Origin: a virus
Lineage: Duplodnaviria; Caudoviricetes
Strand: one strand, 5' to 3'
Length of the DNA stretch: 25,475 nt
IMG/VR virus record: IMGVR_UViG_3300035561_000026
Coordinates: 1-25,475 of that record
Below, piece by piece: positions 17,401 to 25,475 of the stretch. The notes under the pieces are model-generated. The model did not search any database and was not told the origin of the DNA. It saw nothing but the letters and a program-made list of their open reading frames with translations. The number at the start of each line of letters is the position of its first letter. Within the stretch, counting starts at the first letter, position 1. The position numbers and the translations under genes are program-made.

Positions 17401-18804
17401 ATGACAATATCGGGGGTACTCATAGTTAAAAACGAAGAGGTAATGCTTCCCAAGTGTCTTGATTCTATTAAGGGCGTTGATGAGTTAATTATCGTTGATA
17501 CAGGATCTGAAGATAAGACTGTGGAGATTGCCAAGAAGTACACAGACAAGATATATCACTTTAAATGGTGCGATTCTTTTTGCAAGGCTAGGAATTTTGC
17601 TAATTCTAAAGCTACAGGGGATTGGATTCTCACTATCGATGCAGACGAGCAGTTACAAAACCCCGTTTCAGAGATTAAGAAGTACTTAGAGACTTTTAAG
17701 GGAGACTTGGTTAATGTAATCACAGTCGACCAAGCTAGTGGACTTAGAAACTACTTTCCCCGATTATTTAAGAGACAGCCTGATATCTTTTGGAAGGGTG
17801 ATATACACAACCATTTAAGTAAGGCGACAACCGAGAACTCTCCATTTACTATAGTTTACGGACATTCTCCGGCTCACAAGAAAGACCCCGATAGGGCATT
17901 AAGAATACTGACAAGGGTGGTTAAAGAAAATCCTAAATGTATAAGAGAAAGATACTACCTAGCAAGGGAATATTGGTATAGAAAGCAGTATAAGAAGTGT
18001 ATTGCAGAGCTTAACAGTTATTTAAAGGTGGCCACTTGGAGGGCAGAGATAGCTGAGGCCTATTTAATGAAATCAAAGTGTTTATGGAAAATACAAAAGG
18101 GGGAGGAAGCTAGGATAGCCTGTATGTATGCAATAATGACCAATCCTGACTTTAAGGAGGCGTTACTCTGTATGTCTGAAATGAACTACGAACCAAGGAA
18201 AAGCAAGTGGCTACAATTTGCTGAGTTAGCAAAAAACAAGGATGTACTATTTATACAGGATAATACCGAGAAAAGCAGTAGTTACTACGATAACTTGTTT
18301 GAAAAAGATAGTAATATGTTTAGGTATGAAAATATATACGAAAAGATTGGTTCACTTGTAGGAGATAAGGGTGTCCTTGATATAGGGTGTGGACTGGCAG
18401 AACTATCAAAATACATTAAAAACTATTCAGGATTTGATTTTAGTAAGAGGGCGGTTGAACTGGCCAATAATCCTAATATTTGGGTAGGAGACGCTTATGA
18501 TAGAAAAAACTACAAGAAGGCCGATATTTATACAGCAACAGAGGTATTAGAGCATTTAGACGATATGAAAGTAATTAATAACCTACCAAGGGGGTCAAGA
18601 TTCATATTCTCTGTACCGTCATTTGCTGATCCTTCTCATTTAAGGGTTTATACAGAAGAAATCGTTAGGTCAAGACCTTTGTACATTAATAAAATATATC
18701 GGTATAACTGGCATAATAATAAATGGGTGGAGGGTGGAAAGGAAACCCCAAGCTATATTCTTCTTGTGGATTCAAACATTGTAGACAATAATCCTGTGAT
18801 ATAA
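17401..18804 (+). CDS. GT2 glycosyltransferase - TPR - class I SAM methyltransferase fusion
   Basis: IVKNEE..CLDSI, IIVDTGSEDKT, ARN, WILTIDADE; TPR-like RYYLAREY, RAE; VLDIGCG, GFDFS, EVLEHL, FSVP. Confidence 0.9.
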   Translation: MTISGVLIVKNEEVMLPKCLDSIKGVDELIIVDTGSEDKTVEIAKKYTDKIYHFKWCDSFCKARNFANSKATGDWILTIDADEQLQNPVSEIKKYLETFKGDLVNVITVDQASGLRNYFPRLFKRQPDIFWKGDIHNHLSKATTENSPFTIVYGHSPAHKKDPDRALRILTRVVKENPKCIRERYYLAREYWYRKQYKKCIAELNSYLKVATWRAEIAEAYLMKSKCLWKIQKGEEARIACMYAIMTNPDFKEALLCMSEMNYEPRKSKWLQFAELAKNKDVLFIQDNTEKSSSYYDNLFEKDSNMFRYENIYEKIGSLVGDKGVLDIGCGLAELSKYIKNYSGFDFSKRAVELANNPNIWVGDAYDRKNYKKADIYTATEVLEHLDDMKVINNLPRGSRFIFSVPSFADPSHLRVYTEEIVRSRPLYINKIYRYNWHNNKWVEGGKETPSYILLVDSNIVDNNPVI

Positions 18805-18822
18805 TTAAGTAGGGATTCGAGG
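18797..18822 (+). promoter_or_regulatory. Extended -10 promoter plus TTCGAGG leader motif
   Basis: TGATATAAT (18797-18805), 10 nt, TTCGAGG (18816-18822), 22 nt, ATG. Confidence 0.7.
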
Positions 18823-18844
18823 AACTAAATTTGACTATTTACTC

Positions 18845-20314
18845 ATGGAAGTACAAAGAACCTCGAGGGTTAAGAACAAATACAATGACTTTTCAGGTGG
18901 TGTACAGGTGTATACTTCTCCATTATGGACTACAGATAATGAAACTCCATTTTGTCAGAATGTTGATATAAGCAGACCAGGAGAGTTAAGAAAAGCATTA
19001 GGATACACTCAATTAGGAACCACTACAGGTGGCAGTGCCCCAAGAGGGGGATTTGTATTCGACAAAGAAGACGGAACAAGTACTATTTTCAAACTTACAG
19101 GAGGGACTCTCTCTAAGTGGGGTGGAAGCTCGTGGAGTAACCTCTCAGGGTCAACTATAGACTCCAGTACAGACCCGATAGAGGCCAGGCTTATGTATAT
19201 CAACACGGGAACAGGAATAGGAACAGGAGCAGACACCTTTATAGAAAGAATGTACTTTACACTAGGACTTAATGACGAAGTTAAGTACACGGAGGGTTCA
19301 ACTATCGGAGAGATAGCCAATGTTTACGCCAAGCATATAGAAGCTTACAAGGGAAGGATTTATCTCGGAAATGTTAAACAAGGCTCTAAAGCCCACCCAA
19401 CAAGAGTATTATACGGAGCAGTTTCTGACGACGATTTTACAGACCCAGACTTTATAGACGAATTAGGAGAGCCAGTAACGGCATTAAAAGAATACTCAGG
19501 AAGTTTGTTTATATACTCAGAGAATAAACTAGCCGCTTATGACGAATACAAATTACAAGTAATACCTGGAAGTTATGGAACTACTAGCTCGGCCACAGTA
19601 CAGGATGTTATGGGAAGACTTGTGTGGTACAACCGAGGTGGAGTTTATATGTATCAAGGAGGAGGTTCTCCACAAGAGATAAGTAAAAGAGTTCAGGACT
19701 GGATTGAGGCCATATCAGATGCTAAGGAGGTTACAGCAGGAGTAGATGAAGAAGACAGATACAACCTTTACATAGGGGATGTAACAGTAGGGGGAGTTGC
19801 TTACAGCGATGTTGTACTCAGGTATGACGTTACTTTAAACGCTTGGGACATACTCCCAGACAGGCCATTTAAGTACTGGTTAAGAAAAAGAAGTGGAGGG
19901 GTCTTTGAAATATACGCTACTGATGTTGACCAAGACAGAATGTGGAGAGTAAATAATGGCAGATCGCTTAACGGAGCAGAAATAGAAAGTGTATGGCAGA
20001 GTGCAAAATTGGACATGGGACAACCTGATACACTCAAGAACTTCTATAAAGCACACGTTGTATTCAAGCCACAGGGTGTAAATGAATACTTTACATTGCA
20101 ATATAGACTAGACGGGGCTACAGGTTGGAATAACATAGGCAATACTACAAGTAATGTGTCAGTAAGTGGTAGTGATGATATAGAAGTTAAGAAGTTAGAA
20201 TTTCCTGGTAACACACAGGGTCAGTTTATACAGTTTAAGTTATCGCACAATTCTACTGGACACGGATTTAATTTATATGAGTTAAATATTAACAATGACG
20301 AACTCAGGTCGTGA
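18845..20314 (+). CDS. Probable tail nozzle / DNA stabilisation protein (P22 gp10-like)
   Basis: N-terminal DFSGG, beta-propeller-like strands (YKGRIY, LVWYNRGGVY, ISKRVQ), C-terminal GQFIQFKL; position. Confidence 0.7.
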   Translation: MEVQRTSRVKNKYNDFSGGVQVYTSPLWTTDNETPFCQNVDISRPGELRKALGYTQLGTTTGGSAPRGGFVFDKEDGTSTIFKLTGGTLSKWGGSSWSNLSGSTIDSSTDPIEARLMYINTGTGIGTGADTFIERMYFTLGLNDEVKYTEGSTIGEIANVYAKHIEAYKGRIYLGNVKQGSKAHPTRVLYGAVSDDDFTDPDFIDELGEPVTALKEYSGSLFIYSENKLAAYDEYKLQVIPGSYGTTSSATVQDVMGRLVWYNRGGVYMYQGGGSPQEISKRVQDWIEAISDAKEVTAGVDEEDRYNLYIGDVTVGGVAYSDVVLRYDVTLNAWDILPDRPFKYWLRKRSGGVFEIYATDVDQDRMWRVNNGRSLNGAEIESVWQSAKLDMGQPDTLKNFYKAHVVFKPQGVNEYFTLQYRLDGATGWNNIGNTTSNVSVSGSDDIEVKKLEFPGNTQGQFIQFKLSHNSTGHGFNLYELNINNDELRS

Positions 20315-20510
20315 AGAACTTAATGAGTATTTGGAAAAGCCTTTGGAATTAGAGGCTAATCAATTAAGCACCTCGGTTAACTTTTCTGCTACAAGTTTAA
20401 GTAGTGGAGGAATTGAGGGGCTTCTTCTAATCAGGAAGAACGGAAAAATTGTTGTCCAAGATTCGACTACGAACAGAATATTACTTGGGACTCAAAAAGG
20501 AGGTTTTTAA
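20295..20510 (+). CDS. Small hypothetical tail protein
   Basis: 71 aa, overlaps both neighbours, ends NRILLGTQKGGF. Confidence 0.7.
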   Translation: MTNSGREELNEYLEKPLELEANQLSTSVNFSATSLSSGGIEGLLLIRKNGKIVVQDSTTNRILLGTQKGGF

Positions 20511-20758
20511 TGTCAGACACAGGGCTAAAAATTACAAAAACAGGGGTTGATGTAGAGGATTTATCTTTGTTGCTTGACAAGAGAAACTTTACAGTAATAT
20601 CAACAGACCAATGTATGAGAATTCAAAGTGCAGCAGTAACTCTGTCTGCGGGGAACTATTACTATACTGTGAGTTTTCTTACCGACTTAACAGTTCCTTT
20701 AAACTTGACCTTTAGAACTAATAATATTGATAACCCAACAGAATGGCAGATTTTATAG
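20510..20758 (+). CDS. Small tail protein, GLKI(T/S)K paralogue 1
   Basis: TAATG overlap; starts MSDTGLKITKTGVDV. Confidence 0.72.
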   Translation: MSDTGLKITKTGVDVEDLSLLLDKRNFTVISTDQCMRIQSAAVTLSAGNYYYTVSFLTDLTVPLNLTFRTNNIDNPTEWQIL

Positions 20759-21168
20759 GACTTAAAATTTCGAAACCAGGGGTAGATGTAGAAAAAGCGG
20801 AACTCAAAGACCTAGACTTTCATTCAGACTACCCCCTACTTAAGATAGCGAAGACAGAACAGGGGATAAAAGATGTGTCCGTCACAGGAGTTGAAGGAAT
20901 TGCCAGTGGGGGGGTTACTATTACCCACAACCTTAACTATGTTCCAAGGGTCATCGCTTTAGCCTCCATAGAGGGGGGTTTTATGAATAACAACATAGAC
21001 AACTATTTTAAAATCCCTTACAGCCAGACCTCTTCTGGGGGGATGTTTGGGGACACAGTGATATATACCCTGGACTCTACCGAGATGGTTATAGAGGTAT
21101 CTGGCTATGGATGGACAGAAGGGGCGAGGTTCGGCTATGCGGTATATATATTTTATGAGGATAGATAA
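20743..21168 (+). CDS. Small tail protein, GLKI(T/S)K paralogue 2
   Basis: Starts MADFIGLKISKPGVDV; ITHNLNYVP motif. Confidence 0.8.
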   Translation: MADFIGLKISKPGVDVEKAELKDLDFHSDYPLLKIAKTEQGIKDVSVTGVEGIASGGVTITHNLNYVPRVIALASIEGGFMNNNIDNYFKIPYSQTSSGGMFGDTVIYTLDSTEMVIEVSGYGWTEGARFGYAVYIFYEDR

Positions 21169-21635
21169 TGGCGGATTATGGATTAAAGATAACAAAAGAA
21201 GGTTTTGACATAGATTCTCAGAATCCGGACGACTATATATTCTGGTCTAAGTATAAGCCTTTAATGTTGATAGGTAAGGTTTACACAGAAATTCTCTCCC
21301 CAGCAGGGGAGACGTCAGGGAGCAAAGAGCAGTCTATTGATTTTGATTTCTTCCCCCTGGTCATGGCATTTAAGACTAACGACTTTGGGTTTTCTGGGGA
21401 CCTCTTTCTTCCCTGGAGTGTCGATGGTTTTGCGGGGAGATTCTCTAGGTATGAGACTCAGAACTATTCAGAGGGGATAAGTGCTAAGATACAAAAAGGC
21501 AAGATTATTTATGATTGGTATGCCTTTGGCTACGACCCACAAATGGGGAACCAAGAGCCCCCCACTTCAAACTATACCTGGACTGTTACTGCATATATAT
21601 ATAACTTGGAACTAGGTCGAGAGTTGCCAGACTAG
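21168..21635 (+). CDS. Small tail protein, GLKI(T/S)K paralogue 3
   Basis: TAATG overlap; starts MADYGLKITKEGFDI. Confidence 0.8.
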   Translation: MADYGLKITKEGFDIDSQNPDDYIFWSKYKPLMLIGKVYTEILSPAGETSGSKEQSIDFDFFPLVMAFKTNDFGFSGDLFLPWSVDGFAGRFSRYETQNYSEGISAKIQKGKIIYDWYAFGYDPQMGNQEPPTSNYTWTVTAYIYNLELGRELPD

Positions 21636-21649
21636 CTCCGGTATTGGTA

Positions 21650-21676
21650 TGGTATAATTATATAAGAGTATCGAGG
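21650..21676 (+). promoter_or_regulatory. Extended -10 promoter plus ATCGAGG leader motif
   Basis: TGGTATAAT (21650-21658), 11 nt, ATCGAGG (21670-21676), 24 nt, ATG. Confidence 0.7.
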
Positions 21677-21700
21677 GCATTTATTTGTTACTAAGAAAGA

Positions 21701-22393
21701 ATGAAAATAACCGTTAGGCCTAGAGACTCTCTAAGTGCTATTCTCAAGAGATACAATGTGCCTGGGTGGAATACTCCAGCAGTATGGAATAAACTTGCCC
21801 CCCAATTAAGGTCAAAGAATCCTAATAGAATATATGCAGGGGAAGTTATAGACCTTTCCCCAGTATTACCACAATCTCAAAAGTCCACACCAGCACCAGC
21901 GACACCAGCGACTCCAACAGCCTCAGCAGGGACTACAGCAGGACAATCAGCAGCCCCTAAGAGGGTTGCTAATTTTGCTACTGAAGTAATGCCTTTTGAG
22001 CAATTCTGGGACCCAAACCTAGCAAGAAGTGCAATAGCACAAAGAACAGCCTCTTATTTTGACCCACAAGTCCAAGGGGCTAGGGAGGGAATAGAGAGTG
22101 ATTTTGCAAGTAGGGGATTAACTAGAAGTTCTCAGAGGGGTAGGGGAGTTATGGACATGATAAGAGACATGGCAGAGAAAGAGCAGACTATGAGAGAGCA
22201 ATTATACGGAGGAATACAAGGACAGGCCAAAGAAGACTGGGGATTCCAGCAGAAGCTTTATGAAGACAGACCAGACGAATACCAGAAAACAACCTTTGAT
22301 AAAAGTAATTATGAATACCAGTTTCCAGAAGAAAGTCCTCAGAAATACGCACAATCTTACAGAGAATGGTTGAGAAGTACATATAATATTTAA
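21701..22393 (+). CDS. LysM-like domain protein, probable ejection (internal virion) protein
   Basis: TVRPRDSLSAI..NPNRIYAGEVI is LysM-like; PAT linker; helical region with FASRGLTRSS. Confidence 0.65.
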   Translation: MKITVRPRDSLSAILKRYNVPGWNTPAVWNKLAPQLRSKNPNRIYAGEVIDLSPVLPQSQKSTPAPATPATPTASAGTTAGQSAAPKRVANFATEVMPFEQFWDPNLARSAIAQRTASYFDPQVQGAREGIESDFASRGLTRSSQRGRGVMDMIRDMAEKEQTMREQLYGGIQGQAKEDWGFQQKLYEDRPDEYQKTTFDKSNYEYQFPEESPQKYAQSYREWLRSTYNI

Positions 22394-22404
22394 ACAAACT
22401 AACA

Positions 22405-23157
22405 ATGACAAGTGCCGAGCGTCTTAAACAATATGAGGAGATATTTAATAGAAGTCAACAGTACGACCCTTCAAGATTCCAGAGTGATTTTGAAAAGGCG
22501 TATGGAGAGGCTACTAATTACAACAAGGACTTAATAGAGCAAAGGAGTGGGGCAATAGGACAGGCTCAGGCTTTACCTGCTCAGTTAAGGCAACAGTATT
22601 CTCAGAGTGCAATACGAAACCCTCTGGCACAGGAAGCTTTAATAGCAACTCAAAGGGGGAATGTTACCTCAGACATTTCAAGACTTACCGACCTACTTGG
22701 AGCAAGGGGTGCAAGGTATGAAGATGTTTTAGGTAAACACTTGTCAGCATATCAAACAGACGCACAAAGAGCCCAAAGGGACGCAGAAAACGCATGGAGA
22801 CTATACCAAGATGTGTTAGCACAAGAAGAGGCTGAGAGGGCAAGGAGAGCAGCAGCAGCACAGCAGGCGGCGTTGGCAGACTTATTTAGACAGCCACAAA
22901 TAGAACAACAACCACAAATAGAAGAGGAAGAGCTTGTAATAGACACAGGAGGCGATAGTAATTGGGGTCAAAAGTTTGAAAAAAGCCAGACAACACCATT
23001 GGCACGGACAGGTTTTGGACAGGCCCTCGGAATAAACACACCAGACTGGGTAACGGCAACCCCATTTGGAACATTCTCTAATATGATAGGGAACCTTATA
23101 GGGAACAGAAACAGGCCAAACACATCATTTTTAGATAAGTTATTTGACAGGAGATAG
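22405..23157 (+). CDS. Probable ejection (internal virion) protein
   Basis: Q/A/E-rich coiled coil; position after tail genes. Confidence 0.6.
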   Translation: MTSAERLKQYEEIFNRSQQYDPSRFQSDFEKAYGEATNYNKDLIEQRSGAIGQAQALPAQLRQQYSQSAIRNPLAQEALIATQRGNVTSDISRLTDLLGARGARYEDVLGKHLSAYQTDAQRAQRDAENAWRLYQDVLAQEEAERARRAAAAQQAALADLFRQPQIEQQPQIEEEELVIDTGGDSNWGQKFEKSQTTPLARTGFGQALGINTPDWVTATPFGTFSNMIGNLIGNRNRPNTSFLDKLFDRR

Positions 23158-23158
23158 T

Positions 23159-25147
23159 ATGGCTATATTAAGAGGTGCGGAAGCTAGACAATGGTTAGCA
23201 CAGAACCCTAACAAGGCTTACACTAACCTTACTTCCGGGGAAAGCATACCAAGGCAAAGGGGAGGGCTAGAGAAGTTTTTTACGAACCTTACAAAGCCAA
23301 TTAGGACTTTCTTACCGGCAGTTCAGGAATCTGCTTATACCTTGCAAGACTTATTGAGTGCGGGGAGGGGGGATTGGAGGACAGCAGAAAGACCAGACCG
23401 ATACTTAGGAATGACAGAAGAAGAGTCCACAGCCTTTAGAGAAGACCCATTAAAGCAAGGATTAAAAGCAGGTGTTGCACTTGGAGCCTATGGAGTTCCA
23501 GTAGGAGGGGGACAAGCAGCCACTTCGTTAGGAAGAATAGGAACTGCGGCAGGAAGAGGTGCAATATCAGGAACTATGTCGGGATTCGGTTATAGTGGTG
23601 AGGGGGAAGAATTGTCGGGAACCTTAACAGGTGGGGCACTAGGAGGCCTTATAGGAGGTGCTACACAGGGAATAGGAGAGGCCAGTAGGGCAATACAAGC
23701 CAAACAACAAGCAGCAGGGCGGGTGGTTGACACCATGAATGTTGACGAGATAGCAACCTTACCTAAGAAAACCAGGTCGGGGCTTTCTAAACAAGCAAAG
23801 TCCGCAGGATTCTGGGACCCAACATTATCAGAAAGTAAAAATATACAAAACTACTTGACTAACAGAGGATTTGCAGGAAACACTCCAGCAGAAACCCTTG
23901 AAAACCTAACACAGGAATTTAACAGAGCCTCCAAGCTTAAACAGGAGGGGTTAGAGGAGGTAGGGGGATTGTCAAGAGATTATCTTCGACAGGCAAGAGA
24001 AAACCTAGACGAAGCAATAAGGTATAAGGGAATAGGATTAGACTCTGAAGCAACGAGGGTATACAACGATATTGTCAAGACACTTGAAAAAGGTCCACAA
24101 GGAGCCAAGGAGTTGGACAACATAATTATGAAATGGAACGAGGCAGGAAGACTTGCAAAGGGTGCCCAAAAAACATCAACCGCAGGTCTTTATGCAGACG
24201 CAGCCAGGGAATTAAGAAATGTTATGAGAAGCACATCTCCAACCTATGACAGTGCATTACAAGCCCTTAATCAGATTTTAGGAATAGAAGATGTAGGAAC
24301 AGTAGCAGGTGCGGCCAAAACAGCAGCAGGTGCAGGGCTAAATGTACCATTATTCTCAGGTGCAGGATTTAGAGGGGCAGACATTAAAACTCCTTTCGTC
24401 GGAGATACGATATCAAAAACGCAGGCAGCTATAGGAAGGGCACAGGAGGCTGGAACTGGACTGGGAGCTAATATGTTGCAAGGAGCAGCAAGGGTGGCAG
24501 AACCAGTGTCAAGAGTAGCACAACAACGAGGTGTAGTGCCAAGTATTGTAGGAGCAGCTCAGTCACTACCAGGAAGGCAACCAGAAGCCCCGCAAGAAGG
24601 ATTAGGAAGTATGCTACCACCACAGGAACAAGGCCCACAGATTGACCAAATGGCCTTAATAGAGGCGGTATTAAATGGACAGATAAGTACTTCAGAGGCA
24701 GACTGGCTAATGGAAATGCTAGGTGGTGGTGCAGGTGGACAAGCTATGCCAAAGACAGACTCGGGAAGAAAAGCAATGGTAGCAAGAGACGCAGCTTTAC
24801 AGGCCCTTAACATACTAGAACAAGACCCAAGTGCAGCAGGAAAATTGCAGGGAATAGAGAATGTCTTTTATGATATTACGGGACAGGCTAACACAGCAAC
24901 AGAATACAAGACCCAAATAGAAGGATTGAGATCGCAGGTGTTCAATGCCTTGGGTGGAACTGCACTATCTCCGACAGAGAAGGCTCAATATGAGAAGTTC
25001 TTACCAAAGCAAAATGACAGTCCAGCACAAGCTAAACAGAAACTACAAATTTTGATTCCTATGATGGAAGCATTGATGGGGGCAGAGGTTGATACTCAGC
25101 CCCAGGATGGCTCGGCTCTATACCAAATGTTATACGGAGCACAGTAA
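23159..25147 (+). CDS. Large probable ejection (DNA transfer) protein
   Basis: Gly/Ala-rich segments (GGALGGLIGG), C-terminal GGTALSPTE..FLPK. ATG 23159 preferred over TTG 23144. Confidence 0.65.
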   Translation: MAILRGAEARQWLAQNPNKAYTNLTSGESIPRQRGGLEKFFTNLTKPIRTFLPAVQESAYTLQDLLSAGRGDWRTAERPDRYLGMTEEESTAFREDPLKQGLKAGVALGAYGVPVGGGQAATSLGRIGTAAGRGAISGTMSGFGYSGEGEELSGTLTGGALGGLIGGATQGIGEASRAIQAKQQAAGRVVDTMNVDEIATLPKKTRSGLSKQAKSAGFWDPTLSESKNIQNYLTNRGFAGNTPAETLENLTQEFNRASKLKQEGLEEVGGLSRDYLRQARENLDEAIRYKGIGLDSEATRVYNDIVKTLEKGPQGAKELDNIIMKWNEAGRLAKGAQKTSTAGLYADAARELRNVMRSTSPTYDSALQALNQILGIEDVGTVAGAAKTAAGAGLNVPLFSGAGFRGADIKTPFVGDTISKTQAAIGRAQEAGTGLGANMLQGAARVAEPVSRVAQQRGVVPSIVGAAQSLPGRQPEAPQEGLGSMLPPQEQGPQIDQMALIEAVLNGQISTSEADWLMEMLGGGAGGQAMPKTDSGRKAMVARDAALQALNILEQDPSAAGKLQGIENVFYDITGQANTATEYKTQIEGLRSQVFNALGGTALSPTEKAQYEKFLPKQNDSPAQAKQKLQILIPMMEALMGAEVDTQPQDGSALYQMLYGAQ

Positions 25148-25165
25148 GTTTTTATATAATTTCAA

Positions 25166-25438
25166 ATGTCAAGAAGTCCTGAAACTAAAATCACAGTACT
25201 AGAACTCCAAATGCAAGATGTCAAAAAAGAAGTAGAGGGATTACGAAAAGATACTAAAGAGGGGTTTGACAGATTAGAAAACAAACTCGACTGTTATGTC
25301 ACCAAAGAAACGTATAATAAAGACATGAAGGGCGTTTATGATAGCCTTCAAAAGAACTCGGGAACTTGGGACTGGGTAGTTAAAACTGTAATGGGATTAG
25401 TTATAGGAGCCCTAATAACCAGACTCCTAATGGGCTAA
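25166..25438 (+). CDS. Holin-like / XhlA-like membrane protein
   Basis: N-terminal coiled coil and one C-terminal hydrophobic helix (WVVKTVMGLVIGALI). Confidence 0.55.
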   Translation: MSRSPETKITVLELQMQDVKKEVEGLRKDTKEGFDRLENKLDCYVTKETYNKDMKGVYDSLQKNSGTWDWVVKTVMGLVIGALITRLLMG

Positions 25439-25475
25439 CTTTTTGAACACCCGGTGGGGTAGGGTAGAGTAGGGG

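Noticed and set aside
25439-25475. G-rich run at the window end (possible hairpin arm or G-quadruplex)
   Set aside because: Truncated by the window edge, so it cannot be evaluated.

Overview
A 25.5-kb segment of a tailed dsDNA bacteriophage with every credible gene on the + strand and a podovirus-like (P22-type) late-gene layout. Left end (1-2.9 kb): small accessory ORFs, an RtcB RNA ligase abutting a tRNA-Pro(UGG), and an HTH protein. After a sigma70-like promoter come two HNH-type proteins, an RmlB-like NDP-sugar dehydratase, small and large terminase, portal, scaffold, DUF5309-type major capsid, a GT-B glycosyltransferase, head-tail adaptor, a Gly-X-Thr collagen-like fibre, a BNR/sialidase-C1q fibre, a GT2-TPR-methyltransferase fusion, a tail nozzle, small tail proteins, three probable ejection proteins (one with LysM) and a holin-like ORF. 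The most interesting signals are: (1) a long hairpin after the portal gene whose loop (CUUCCUCGA) is complementary to a TCGAGG motif repeated in late-gene leaders; (2) a probable virion glycosylation system resembling Bacillus BclA exosporium loci; (3) a 10-bp motif found just upstream of start codons in opposite orientations in the left-hand versus structural genes; (4) an rtcB-tRNA block with an atypical anticodon loop. All product calls rest on visible motifs and gene order; no database searches were run.
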